A stretch of 23,881 bases of DNA, from assembly GCA_036229005.1 (NCBI GenBank), contig JAZAMN010000056.1, positions 1 to 23,881 of the forward strand. Direction: 5' to 3'. Of this stretch, positions 1 to 9,213 are shown one piece after another; position 1 is the stretch's first letter; the number at the start of each line of letters is the position of its first letter. The translations under genes were made by a program, and so were the position numbers. The notes beneath the pieces were generated by a model. That model ran no database searches and had not been told where the DNA came from. It worked only from the letters and a program-made list of their open reading frames with translations. Source of the DNA: Myxococcota bacterium (GTDB lineage: Bacteria; Myxococcota_A; UBA796; CAJQPC01).

Positions 1-99
1 CGGGCCCGCTGCCGGGGGGTTTCCCCCCGTAGAAAAAAAACGTCTTTCTGGGGTGGGTTTTCGGCCCCGACCGGGCCCCAAAAACCCACCCCAGAACTA
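1..99. repeat. Partial palindromic element (cut by window edge), divergent relative of the 180-bp repeat
   Basis: CGGGCCCG, then CGGGGGG-TTT-CCCCCCG-TAGAA, then a long hairpin TTCTGGGGTGGGTTTT...AAAACCCACCCCAGAA ending in CTA (the TAG stop of the minus-strand gene). Same order of parts as 15437-15571. Confidence 0.6.
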
Positions 100-1746
100 C
101 GCCAGCCCGAACTTCTTGAGCTTGTAGATCAGGGTGCTGCGGGCGATCCCCAGCTCCCGCGCCGCAGAACTGCGGTTCTGGTCATGGCGGGCCATGACGT
201 CGATCAGCAGCTTGCGCTCGTTGTCCTCGAGGGTGCCGGAGGCCCCATCCGACCCCCTGGAGCCCCCACTTGGAGCACCAACCACCTGCGGAGAGACCGG
301 AGGCGGGGGCGCGTTGAAGGCCCAGGGACTGAACTGGATGTGGGCCGGCGTGATCAGCGGACCGCCCAACACATAGGCGCGGGTCAGCACGTTGCGCAGC
401 TCGCGGACGTTGCCTGGGAAGGGGTGCTTCTGCAGCATCACCAGCGCGTCGTCCCGGATGCTCACCCCAGGCGCCATGCGCGCGGCCAGGGTCTTGGCGA
501 TCAGCGGCAGGTCTCCGGGCCGCTCCCGCAGGGCCGGCAGGCGCACCGGCAGGACGGCCAGGCGGAAGAAGAGGTCGGCCCGGAAGCGCCCCTCCGCAAC
601 CTCCTGGTTCAGGTCCCGGTTGGTGGCTGCGATGAGCCGCACGTCGGGGAAGGAGACCTCGTGGCTGCCGACCCGCCGGATCTCGCCGGTCTCCAGGGCC
701 CGCAGGAGCTTGACCTGGGCGGCCTCGGGCAGCTCGCCGATCTCGTCCAACAGCAGGGTCCCACCATTCGCCTTGTGGAAGGCCCCATCCCGCCGCGCCG
801 AAGCCCCCGTGAACGCGCCCTTCTCATGGCCAAAGAGCTCGGACTCGAACAGGCTCTCCGTGATCGCGCCGCAGTTGATGGCGACAAAAGGACCTTGAGC
901 CCGCGGGCTGTGGTCATGGACCGCCCGGGAGGCCAGCTCCTTGCCCGTTCCGGACTCTCCAAAGAGCAGCACCGGGGCGTTGTGGGCCGCGATCCGACGC
1001 AGGGTCGAGAAGACCCCCTTCATCAGCGACGAGCTCCCCACCATCTCGCCAAAGCTGCTGCTGCTGGACAGCTCATTCCGCACCGGGACCACGTCCGAGG
1101 CCACCGAGATCCGCGTGTCCCCGATGCGCACCGTCTCGCCCGGGAGCAGCGGGATGCGGCCCGCGATGCGCTCGCCCTCCAGGAAGGCCGCCCCCTTGCC
1201 GGGCACCAGCATCGGCCGCCCCCGGGCCAGCTCGATCACCAGGTGGGAGACCACCAGCGCTGGGTCCGGCAGCACGACCCCCTTGGTCCCCGGTCCGCCC
1301 ACCCGGATCCGGGCGTGCCGCAAGATCTCCCGGTGCCCCTTGCCCGGTCCGTCCTCGACGATGAGCACGGCGCGCTCCACCGCGTCGGGAGCCACGAGCT
1401 GCTCGGCGGGGACCAGGGACGCCACGGTGTGGCTGCTCGTGGGCGCGAACTCCCCGCCGCGGGCGGTGTACTCCAGGATGAACGCACCCAGCTTGAGCCG
1501 GCTCCCCTCCCGGAGCTGCACGCTCCCCTGAACCGGGACCCCGTCGACCAGACAGCCGTGCCGCGAGCGGTCCCGCAGCGTCCAGCCCTCGGAGTCGCCC
1601 GAGAGCACGCAGTGTGTACGACTGACCCCGGGGTCCGGAATGACCAGGTCCGAGGTGTCCGCCCGACCGATGAGCACCCTCCCCGGCCTCAGGCTGTACT
1701 CAAGAAGCGCGGTGTCCCCGCGTCGCACGATGAGACGGGCTGCCAT
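97..1746 (-). CDS. FHA-domain sigma54-dependent transcriptional activator (FHA, degenerate FHA, AAA+, Fis-type HTH), 549 aa
   Basis: N-terminal FHA (IGR...VSRTHC); Walker [24 protein letters not shown]; Walker [37 protein letters not shown]-terminal [22 protein letters not shown]. No receiver domain. Confidence 0.95.
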   Translation of the reverse strand: MAARLIVRRGDTALLEYSLRPGRVLIGRADTSDLVIPDPGVSRTHCVLSGDSEGWTLRDRSRHGCLVDGVPVQGSVQLREGSRLKLGAFILEYTARGGEFAPTSSHTVASLVPAEQLVAPDAVERAVLIVEDGPGKGHREILRHARIRVGGPGTKGVVLPDPALVVSHLVIELARGRPMLVPGKGAAFLEGERIAGRIPLLPGETVRIGDTRISVASDVVPVRNELSSSSSFGEMVGSSSLMKGVFSTLRRIAAHNAPVLLFGESGTGKELASRAVHDHSPRAQGPFVAINCGAITESLFESELFGHEKGAFTGASARRDGAFHKANGGTLLLDEIGELPEAAQVKLLRALETGEIRRVGSHEVSFPDVRLIAATNRDLNQEVAEGRFRADLFFRLAVLPVRLPALRERPGDLPLIAKTLAARMAPGVSIRDDALVMLQKHPFPGNVRELRNVLTRAYVLGGPLITPAHIQFSPWAFNAPPPPVSPQVVGAPSGGSRGSDGASGTLEDNERKLLIDVMARHDQNRSSAARELGIARSTLIYKLKKFGLA

Positions 1747-1752
1747 GACCTG

Positions 1753-1761
1753 AAGCTATCA
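1753..1761 (-). promoter_or_regulatory. Putative extended -10 box (TGA-TAGCTT) of a leaderless transcript
   Basis: Minus strand reads TGATAGCTT-caggtc-ATG: a TGn+TAnnnT box 6 nt before the start codon, with no Shine-Dalgarno. Confidence 0.45.
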
Positions 1762-1863
1762 TGGTCAAGGGCGCACACCGTCTGCCCGAATACCCATGGA
1801 AAGGCGATTTGCACGCCGGATCCCCGGTAGTCTCGACGGCCGCAGTCCAGGACGCACACGCAC

Positions 1864-3594
1864 TTGTTCCAGAACCTGCTGAACTGGCTCGACGAGGGCC
1901 TCCCGGACGATCCCCTCCTGATCGCGCGCGTCCGACTTCAGCACCTGAGCAGCCTGATGATGCTGCTCGGCGGCGTGGTCTACACCGGCGTCGTCCTGAA
2001 CACCGGGGACGCCTGGATCGCCGCCCTGCTGGTGCCCACCATGCTCACGGGGACCGCCTCACTCTTCCTGTTCACCCGCCGAGGACAGCACGAGACCGGC
2101 GGCAAGCTCACCTCCTGGACCCTGCTGCTCTTTGTCACGCTCTGCGTGCTCGCCCGCGGCGGCATGGACTCCAACTCCGCAGTCTGGTTCCTGGTCGTGC
2201 CCACCCAAGCCTTCATGGCGGTGGGCTTCCAGCACGGCGCCCGGGTCACCATGGCCACCTTCCTGGCCCAGGGGGGCCTCTGGCTGCTGGAGCGCATGGC
2301 GGGTGACGCCTTCCCCATGGGGCTCTCCGCGCAGCTCAAGCTCGCCATGGAGCTGGTGGACTACCCCCTGGTCACTGGCATGCTGGCGCTGGCGTTCGTG
2401 GTCTACGGCGACATCTGGCGCACCGTCATCCGTCGCCTGGAGACCGAGGTCATCGAGCGCCAGCGCGCGGAGAACGAAGCGAAGGCGGCCGCCCAGGCCC
2501 GCTACACCTTCCTGGCCACCATGAGCCACGAGATCCGCACGCCCCTCAACGGTGTCCTCGGGCTCACCGAGGTCCTCCTCCAGACCCCCCTCGACGAAGA
2601 GCAGGACGAGCTGGCCCGCACAGTACGCAGCTCCGGCAAGCTCCTCCGCACCCTGCTGGATGACGTCCTGGACTTCTCCAAGATCGACTCCGGCCACATG
2701 AGCCTGATGTACGAGCCCCTCTCCCCCAGGCGTCTGTGCGGAGAGCTCGTCCAGCTCTGGCAAGGCCCCGCGAGCGAGAGCGGCCTGGACCTGCGCCTGG
2801 AGATGGATCCCCAGGTGCCTGAGTGGGTCCTGGGAGACACCACGCGGCTCGGTCAGATCTTGGGAAACCTCCTCTCCAACGCGATCAAGTTCACCGCCAA
2901 GGGCAGCGTGCTGATCCGAGGAGAGCGGGTCCAGCAGACCCTGGTCCTGTCCGTCCAGGACACCGGCATCGGCATGCCCGCAGAGGCCCTGGAGCGCGTG
3001 TTCGACGCCTTCCAGCAGGCCGACGGGACCACGACCCGGTCTTTCGGAGGCACCGGCCTGGGCCTGGCGATCTCCCGCCGCCTCGCCCAGCTCATGGGCG
3101 GAGATCTGCGCGCCGAGAGCGTCCAAGGCAGGGGCAGCACCTTCACCCTGACCCTGCCGCTGCGCCCCACCAGCGCCCCCTCCGTACTCCCCGAGAACGC
3201 CCCCGAGTCTGACAACCTGCAGGGCCTTCGGGTCCTGGTCGCCGAAGACAACAAGGTCAACCAGCTCGTGGTCCGTCGCCTGCTGGAGCGTGAGGGGGTG
3301 GAGGTCGTGGTCGCCGAGGACGGCGCGGAGGCGGTCGCCATCTGGCAGCGCAACCAGCCCGACCTGCTGCTCATGGACTGCCAGATGCCCAAGATGGACG
3401 GCTTCGAGGCCACCCGGATGATCCGGTCGCTGGGGGGGACCCTGCCCATCCTGGCCCTGACCGCCAACAGCATGCCGGGCGACCGGGCCAACTGCATCCA
3501 GGCCGGCATGAACGACCACGTCAGCAAGCCCATCGACCCGGACACCCTGCTGGCCGCCATGCGCAGCCACCTCCCCAAGCGGCGGATCGCTTGA
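1864..3594 (+). CDS. Membrane-bound hybrid sensor histidine kinase (multi-TM sensor, HisKA, HATPase_c, receiver), 576 aa
   Basis: About 5-6 hydrophobic segments; H-box [16 protein letters not shown]-box QILGNLLSNAIKFT; DTGIG; GGTGLGL; receiver VLVAEDN...LMDCQMP...KPID. TTG start is uncertain. Confidence 0.93.
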   Translation: MFQNLLNWLDEGLPDDPLLIARVRLQHLSSLMMLLGGVVYTGVVLNTGDAWIAALLVPTMLTGTASLFLFTRRGQHETGGKLTSWTLLLFVTLCVLARGGMDSNSAVWFLVVPTQAFMAVGFQHGARVTMATFLAQGGLWLLERMAGDAFPMGLSAQLKLAMELVDYPLVTGMLALAFVVYGDIWRTVIRRLETEVIERQRAENEAKAAAQARYTFLATMSHEIRTPLNGVLGLTEVLLQTPLDEEQDELARTVRSSGKLLRTLLDDVLDFSKIDSGHMSLMYEPLSPRRLCGELVQLWQGPASESGLDLRLEMDPQVPEWVLGDTTRLGQILGNLLSNAIKFTAKGSVLIRGERVQQTLVLSVQDTGIGMPAEALERVFDAFQQADGTTTRSFGGTGLGLAISRRLAQLMGGDLRAESVQGRGSTFTLTLPLRPTSAPSVLPENAPESDNLQGLRVLVAEDNKVNQLVVRRLLEREGVEVVVAEDGAEAVAIWQRNQPDLLLMDCQMPKMDGFEATRMIRSLGGTLPILALTANSMPGDRANCIQAGMNDHVSKPIDPDTLLAAMRSHLPKRRIA

Positions 3595-5348
3595 AGGATC
3601 GCCTGCTCGCCTGGGTGGACGACGTGCCCGGCGAGCTGGATCCCGCCACCCGGGCCCGCCTGCGCGTACAGCACCTGGTGGTCCTGCTCTACGTCCTGAT
3701 CGGCTCCGCCTACGTCGCCGGATTCCACTACGCCGGCCTGCGGATCACCTCCATCACCCTGGCGCTGGTGATCCTGAGCAGCATCGCGTCGCTGTTCGGG
3801 TTGAGCCGCCGGGGCCGCATCGAGCTCGGCGGCAGGTTCATCTCCGTGGCCTTCTACCAGCAGATCGTCATGACGCTGATCGCCCGCGGCGGCATGCAGT
3901 CCAACTCGGCGGCGTGGCTGCTGCTCTCCCCGGTCCTGGCCAGCTACCTGGTCGGTCCTCGGCACGCAGCGCGGATCAGCGCCTACACCGTCATCGCCTA
4001 CCTGGGCATCTGGGGCGCGGAGATGCTCGGCGTGCCCATGCCAGAGGGCCTGCCTCCCGAGCTGCTCCCCTACATGCCGGCGCTCGACTACCCCGCCATC
4101 GCCTTCGCCATGGGCGTGTTCCTCTACGGTCAGGCCAGCATCTGGGAGGGCGTCGTCCGCGACCTGGACCAGACCAACCAGGCCATGGGCGAGCAGGTCC
4201 GCGAGCGCGAGAAGGCCGAGCGCGAGGCCCGCGAGGCCGCCCAGGCCCGCTACACCTTCCTGGCCACCATGAGCCACGAGATCCGCACCCCCCTCAACGG
4301 CGTGCTCGGCCTCACCGAGGTGCTGCTCGACACCCCACTGGACCGCGAGCAGCGCGATCTGGCGAGCACGGTCCGCAGCTCCGGCCGCCTGCTGCGTGCC
4401 CTGCTTGACGATGTCCTCGACTACTCCAAGATCGACTCGGGGCACCTGGAGCTGGATCTCGAGAGGGTGGACCTGCATGCGCTGGTACACGAGCTCCTCC
4501 ACCTCTGGGAGCCCACCGCAAAGGAGCGCGGCCTGGAGCTGCGGGCCAGCTTCGAGCCCGACGATCAGGCGCTCTGGGTCCGGGTCGACGCCAACAAGCT
4601 GCGGCAGATCCTGGGCAACCTCATCTCCAACGCCCTCAAGTTCACCGACCAGGGCTACGTCGCCGTCGAGCTCAGCCTCCGCGGGCAGGACCTGCGCCTC
4701 CAGGTCCGCGACACCGGCATCGGCATCAGCCCGCAGGCCCAGACCCACATCTTCACGGCCTTCAAGCAGGCAGACAGCACGACCACCCGGCGCTTCGGCG
4801 GCACCGGCCTGGGCCTGTCCATCTCCCAGCGCCTGGCGGTGTTCTTGAGCGGTCAGCTCCGCGTGGAGAGCGAGGTGGGGGTGGGCAGCACCTTCATCCT
4901 GGATCTACCGATCACCCGCGTGGATGGCCCCCAGATCTCCACAACTCTGGACGCCGTCGAGGACACACTGACCGGCATGCGCGTGCTGGTCGCCGAGGAC
5001 AACCCGGTGAACCAGATGGTCATCACCCGCCTGCTGGAGCGCGAGGGGGTCACCGTCCAGACCGCAGACGACGGCCAGCAGGCCATCGACGCGTGGAAGG
5101 ACAACGCCCCGGACGCCATCTTGATGGACTGCCAGATGCCCGTCTGCGACGGCTACGAGGCCACCCGCCAGATCCGCGCTCTGGGCGGCACCCTGCCGAT
5201 CGTGGCCCTGACCGCGAACTCCATGCCCGGCGACCGGGCCCGCTGCATCGAGGCCGGGATGGACGAGCACCTGGGCAAGCCCATCGACACCGGCCTGCTG
5301 GCGCGCACGCTGCGGAAGATCTGGGCGAGCCAGCGCAGCAGCGCCTGA
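3591..5348 (+). CDS. Membrane-bound hybrid sensor histidine kinase, tandem paralogue, 585 aa
   Basis: Same architecture and motifs as 1864-3594. Its TTG start overlaps the upstream TGA (TTGA), suggesting translational coupling. Confidence 0.93.
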   Translation: MKDRLLAWVDDVPGELDPATRARLRVQHLVVLLYVLIGSAYVAGFHYAGLRITSITLALVILSSIASLFGLSRRGRIELGGRFISVAFYQQIVMTLIARGGMQSNSAAWLLLSPVLASYLVGPRHAARISAYTVIAYLGIWGAEMLGVPMPEGLPPELLPYMPALDYPAIAFAMGVFLYGQASIWEGVVRDLDQTNQAMGEQVREREKAEREAREAAQARYTFLATMSHEIRTPLNGVLGLTEVLLDTPLDREQRDLASTVRSSGRLLRALLDDVLDYSKIDSGHLELDLERVDLHALVHELLHLWEPTAKERGLELRASFEPDDQALWVRVDANKLRQILGNLISNALKFTDQGYVAVELSLRGQDLRLQVRDTGIGISPQAQTHIFTAFKQADSTTTRRFGGTGLGLSISQRLAVFLSGQLRVESEVGVGSTFILDLPITRVDGPQISTTLDAVEDTLTGMRVLVAEDNPVNQMVITRLLEREGVTVQTADDGQQAIDAWKDNAPDAILMDCQMPVCDGYEATRQIRALGGTLPIVALTANSMPGDRARCIEAGMDEHLGKPIDTGLLARTLRKIWASQRSSA

Positions 5349-5376
5349 GCCACCGGGACTGCTGGCCGCTCCGGCC

Positions 5377-7260
5377 CTACTCGCCCTCGCTGTCGATCAG
5401 CTCCAGGTGCCAGCGCTCCGCGAAGCGCGCGTAGCTGTCGTTCAGCAGCTCGGCGGCCTGGTCGTAGCGCGCCTCCACCGTGGCCATAGCGCGCCTGGAG
5501 GCCCGGCGACTCCGGAAGCCCGGGTCATCCAGCACCAACAGGACCGTGGGCCAGTGGTCGTTCATGGCGGCGGAGAGGATGCCCAGCGCCTCCACGGTCC
5601 CGTCGACCAGGGTGGAGTCCCCCATCCAGGGTGGGATCTGCTGGGCGTCCGAGAGCGCCTGATCGATCAGCGGCTGCTGCTTGAGCGTGACCCGCCGCCA
5701 CTGTTCCGATGGGCTCTGGAGGATGGTGCTCAGGGCGGCTTCGGACTGCTCCCAGGTGGCCCAGACCTCCTGGCTGTGCCCGTAGGCCATCGAAGCGCGC
5801 ACGAGGTCGGGCAGCGAACTGTCCGGTCCGGGGAAGCTGAGGACGTGGAGCTCCTCGGTGGGCGCCGGGGTGTCCTCGTCTTGGTGGATCAGCTTGACGT
5901 CGTAGCGCTGCGCATAGGCAGCCTGAGCGGTTTGGAGGGCAGCCAGGACATCCGCCGTCCGCTCGTTCTCCTCGTGATAGATGGCCTCCCACCGGACCTG
6001 ATCCTCGTCCCGGGGGGTCACGAGGAGCCACGGGCCGTTCACAGCGACGTCCTCGACCTTCCAGTGGACCAGCTCGGACAGGGCCAGGATCTGCGCGTGG
6101 TAGGGATCGTCCTGGTACTCGGGGTCCTCCAGGGCGCTGAGCTCTGCGTCCAGCGCGGCGAGCTCTTGGACCAGGTCGGCCTTGACCTCCTGGGGCTCAT
6201 CGCCCTGGAGGAGGCGAGCTTCCATGTCGAAGGTGAGCTGCTGGTAGGCCAGTTGGAGCCCCTGGAGGGCCTTGAAGCGGGCGATCTCAGGCCGCTCGAC
6301 CCCGACCGCGGCTGCGACTTTCCGGTAGTTGCTCCAGCTACGCTCGACCGCCGAGGCGTCCTCGATCTTCCAGGCGCCGCTGAAGGCCTCGAGGGCGACA
6401 GCGTAGCGCCTCAGGTTCTCGGCGTGTCGGCCGTTGAACTCTTGGACGAGGACATTGTAGGCCTCCGCGCTCCGCTGGACATCACGGGCCTGGACCATCT
6501 GGGGGAGCTCGTGCAGTGACCAGGCGTGGAGGTCGCGGAGCTCCCGCCGCACGGCGACCACCATCGTGTCGGACCCCATCCACGGGGGCACGGCCTCTGC
6601 CCGCCGCAGGAGCTCGCCGAAGCGCTCCTGGACCGAGCTCAGCTCCTCGGCGGACACGCCCTCGTTCATGCTCCCGGTAGCCAGCTTCCGAGCCTCGCTG
6701 ACCAGCACGAACAGCTCGTTGGCGTGCGCGATCGCGAAGTTCTGGCGAATCACCAGTGGCAGGCTGCTCGAAGGCCCGGGCAGGCCAAGGGTCTGGTCCT
6801 GGTAGGTGGTGTAGGACTGCGGAATCAGCCGGATGTCGTAGGACAGGAGCGTCTTGGCGTCCCCCTGCTCCACCACCTCAAGCGCCTGAAATCCGGCGTC
6901 GACGACCTCTTTGAAGGTGGCCTCGCAGCGGAGCTGGTCGTCGTCCCGAGGGGTCTTGTCTGCGCGCAGGACCTGCTGGTCCCGGTAGTGCTCCTCGGCC
7001 AGCTCCCCGAGGCGCTGGTTCGCCGCGAAGGCCGCATCGAGGGCAAAGTCGCGCCCAGGCATCCGCGGGTAGCTCTCCAGCTCCGCGTTCAGCTCTCCCA
7101 GCCCGGCGTAGCGGTCATCTCCGGTGGCGACGAAGACCAGGTTCTTGACGTAGAGCCCGTACCAGCCCTCCATCTGAGCCATCCGGGCCTTGTACTGCGC
7201 TTCGCTCCACGCCTCCTGCGCCTGGACCACCGGCGCAGCCAGCAACAAGGTCATCCACAT
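5377..7260 (-). CDS. Secreted alpha-helical protein, two ~300-aa modules, 627 aa, function unknown
   Basis: Start reassigned to ATG 7260, preceded by GAGAGGGAGGGAACC. Signal peptide MWMTLLLAAPVVQA; the motifs [LF]PGPxSSLP, PPWMG and FxxxW each occur twice. Confidence 0.85.
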   Translation of the reverse strand: MWMTLLLAAPVVQAQEAWSEAQYKARMAQMEGWYGLYVKNLVFVATGDDRYAGLGELNAELESYPRMPGRDFALDAAFAANQRLGELAEEHYRDQQVLRADKTPRDDDQLRCEATFKEVVDAGFQALEVVEQGDAKTLLSYDIRLIPQSYTTYQDQTLGLPGPSSSLPLVIRQNFAIAHANELFVLVSEARKLATGSMNEGVSAEELSSVQERFGELLRRAEAVPPWMGSDTMVVAVRRELRDLHAWSLHELPQMVQARDVQRSAEAYNVLVQEFNGRHAENLRRYAVALEAFSGAWKIEDASAVERSWSNYRKVAAAVGVERPEIARFKALQGLQLAYQQLTFDMEARLLQGDEPQEVKADLVQELAALDAELSALEDPEYQDDPYHAQILALSELVHWKVEDVAVNGPWLLVTPRDEDQVRWEAIYHEENERTADVLAALQTAQAAYAQRYDVKLIHQDEDTPAPTEELHVLSFPGPDSSLPDLVRASMAYGHSQEVWATWEQSEAALSTILQSPSEQWRRVTLKQQPLIDQALSDAQQIPPWMGDSTLVDGTVEALGILSAAMNDHWPTVLLVLDDPGFRSRRASRRAMATVEARYDQAAELLNDSYARFAERWHLELIDSEGE

Positions 7261-7280
7261 GGTTCCCTCCCTCTCAAGTC
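7203..7280. repeat. 78-bp direct repeat, copy A (RBS plus first 19 codons)
   Basis: 75/78 identical to 9118-9195 by manual alignment. Confidence 0.9.
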
Positions 7281-9175
7281 GGTGATTCGGCCCAGGCCTC
7301 GAAGGCGGCCAGGTTCCAGGCCTCGGAGAAGCGCCCGAAGGCGTCCTCCATCTCCTGGACAGCCGCGTTGTAGTCGTGCTCCAGCACACCCCAGGCCTGG
7401 TCGTATCGCTTCTGGGTGCGGCGACCGGGGCTGTCCGCGAAGGCCAGCAGGGTGGGGACATGGGTGCTGGCGCTGGCGCTGAGCAGCTCGAGCACGCTGA
7501 CCGCAGCGTCCACCAGCGTCCCATCTCCCAACCAGGGGGGGATCTGCTGCGCCTGCTCCAGCGACTGCTCCAGCACCGGGAGCTGCTCCAACTGGACCTG
7601 CCTGCGCTGGTCGAGTTCGCTGTCCATGACGCTGAGGAGGGCTCCCCGGCCCTGCTCCCAGATCCCCCACACCTCCCGGCTGTGGTTGCCGGCCAGGACG
7701 ATCTCCAGGATGTCCGGCAGCGCGCTCTCCACGGGGAAGCTGAGGCCAAGATCGCCCGTGGGGCGGCCGTAGCGGATGTTCTGCGCCTCGAGCCCGACCT
7801 GGATCCCGATCCCACGGGCGTAGGCGTCGTGTCCGGCCTCGACTGTGGCGATCGCCGCATCGATCTGCTCGATCTCCAGCGCGCTCAGCTCCACCATTCG
7901 CTCGTGGTGAACCACGCGGGGGTGGGGCTCGCTGCCCAGCGCGTAGCCCTCCATCATGGCCTCCTCGAGCTGCCAGTGGAGCGTCACGGAGAGCTCAAGC
8001 AAGGCGGCGGTGTAGGGGTCCTCGGAGGGGCCCAGCGCCTGTAGAGAGCGGTCCACCGCGCTGAGCTGCTCCAAGAGGGCCGCCTGGATGTCCTCGATCG
8101 GCAGAAGGGGCTTGGTCGTGCTGATGGCGGTCAACAGATCCAGGTAGCCCTGCGCGACCTGGTTGAGCGCCTGGTAGCGCTGCCCCTCTGGGGTGTCCTC
8201 CAGCGTCGCACGGAGCTGGACGTCCTGCTGTAGCTTGGCCTGGGCGTCCAACAGGGTCTGCGTATCGCCCGCCAGCACCCGCTCGCTCTCCGGGCCAAAG
8301 CGCCAATCCCGCGCGAAGGCCTGGGCCTGGGTGTTGACCTCCAGCAGCACCCGGAAGTGCATCGCGTTCAGCTCTGCGGTCAGCGCCCTGTGGGTGGCTG
8401 GGTCCCCCTGTTGGAGGGCAGCCTGCATGCGGGGGAGGTCCTCCTCCAGCCAACGCTGGTAGGCCTGCAGGCCCTCGAGCACGGAGCGGGACACGCGGTC
8501 GTCTCCAAACCAGGGCTCCCGGGCCTCGGCCTGGGCCATGAGCCCATCCAGCTCCGCCTGCAGGGCGGCGACCTCCTCGGCGCTGGGGATCTTGTTGGCG
8601 GCACCGATCACCCGCCCGTCGAACGCAAAGAGACCCAGGCGGGCGGACTCCTCGTAGCGCAGCGCGAAGTTCGCCCGGTAGGACGCTGGGAGGGCGCTCT
8701 CGGGTCCCGGGAGTCCAGCCTGCGCGGGAACCAGGAGGGGGACCCGGGTGGGGGGCTCCTCCAGGAGCTCGGTCTCGAGGCGGTCGATGGCCCACAAGTG
8801 GTCCGACACCATGTCGAGCAGGAGCATGGCGTTCTGCTCGAACTGAAGCTGGTCTGCGGTGCTGGGTGCGGGGCGACTCAGCAGCTCCTGCTGGAGGGCG
8901 TAGTGGGTCTGCGCGTAGGCATCCATGCCATCCAGCATGGCCTCGAGCTCGGCAAAGACCGGGTCCTCCCCAGGCCGCCTGTCCACGCCGGAGAGCATCC
9001 CCCGGATCTCCGTCGTCCCCTCAAAGCGCTCGTCCCCCAGAGCCAGAAACATGGCCTGCGCGCCCAGGCGCTCAATGGCCGGCAGGATGCTCACGATCTG
9101 GTCGTGTTGGCGCTCGACGCTCCACGCCTCCTGCGCCTGGACCACCGGCGCAGCCAGCAACATCGTCATCCACAT
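7274..9175 (-). CDS. Secreted alpha-helical protein, two ~300-aa modules, 633 aa, paralogue
   Basis: MWMTMLLAAPVVQAQEAWS; LPGPESALP / FPVESALP; EPWFGDD / IPPWLGDG; FARDW / FSEAW. Confidence 0.88.
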   Translation of the reverse strand: MWMTMLLAAPVVQAQEAWSVERQHDQIVSILPAIERLGAQAMFLALGDERFEGTTEIRGMLSGVDRRPGEDPVFAELEAMLDGMDAYAQTHYALQQELLSRPAPSTADQLQFEQNAMLLLDMVSDHLWAIDRLETELLEEPPTRVPLLVPAQAGLPGPESALPASYRANFALRYEESARLGLFAFDGRVIGAANKIPSAEEVAALQAELDGLMAQAEAREPWFGDDRVSRSVLEGLQAYQRWLEEDLPRMQAALQQGDPATHRALTAELNAMHFRVLLEVNTQAQAFARDWRFGPESERVLAGDTQTLLDAQAKLQQDVQLRATLEDTPEGQRYQALNQVAQGYLDLLTAISTTKPLLPIEDIQAALLEQLSAVDRSLQALGPSEDPYTAALLELSVTLHWQLEEAMMEGYALGSEPHPRVVHHERMVELSALEIEQIDAAIATVEAGHDAYARGIGIQVGLEAQNIRYGRPTGDLGLSFPVESALPDILEIVLAGNHSREVWGIWEQGRGALLSVMDSELDQRRQVQLEQLPVLEQSLEQAQQIPPWLGDGTLVDAAVSVLELLSASASTHVPTLLAFADSPGRRTQKRYDQAWGVLEHDYNAAVQEMEDAFGRFSEAWNLAAFEAWAESPT

Positions 9176-9195
9176 GCTTCCCTCCCTCTCAAGTC
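9118..9195. repeat. 78-bp direct repeat, copy B
   Basis: Matches 7203-7280 with 3 substitutions. Confidence 0.9.
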
Positions 9196-9213
9196 ATTGA
9201 TGCGCCCTGCAGT

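Noticed and set aside
1797..1819. Possible sigma54 -24/-12 promoters in the activator/kinase intergenic region
   Set aside because: The plus-strand TGGAAAGGCGATTTGCA has GG-N11-GC (wrong spacing). The minus-strand CGGCGTGCAAATCGC has the right spacing but a weak match, and a sigma70-type box already sits before the ATG.
184..1830. Long antisense or alternative-frame ORFs (also 2059-3570, 2853-4748, 8866-11247, 15933-17525, 18265-19899, 19984-21855)
   Set aside because: They shadow genes with clear motifs; stop-poor frames are expected at this GC content, and the translations show no recognisable domains.
7261..7860. 200-aa N-terminal extension of the 827-aa ORF
   Set aside because: It overlaps the upstream paralogue in another frame; the RBS and signal peptide place the start at 7260.
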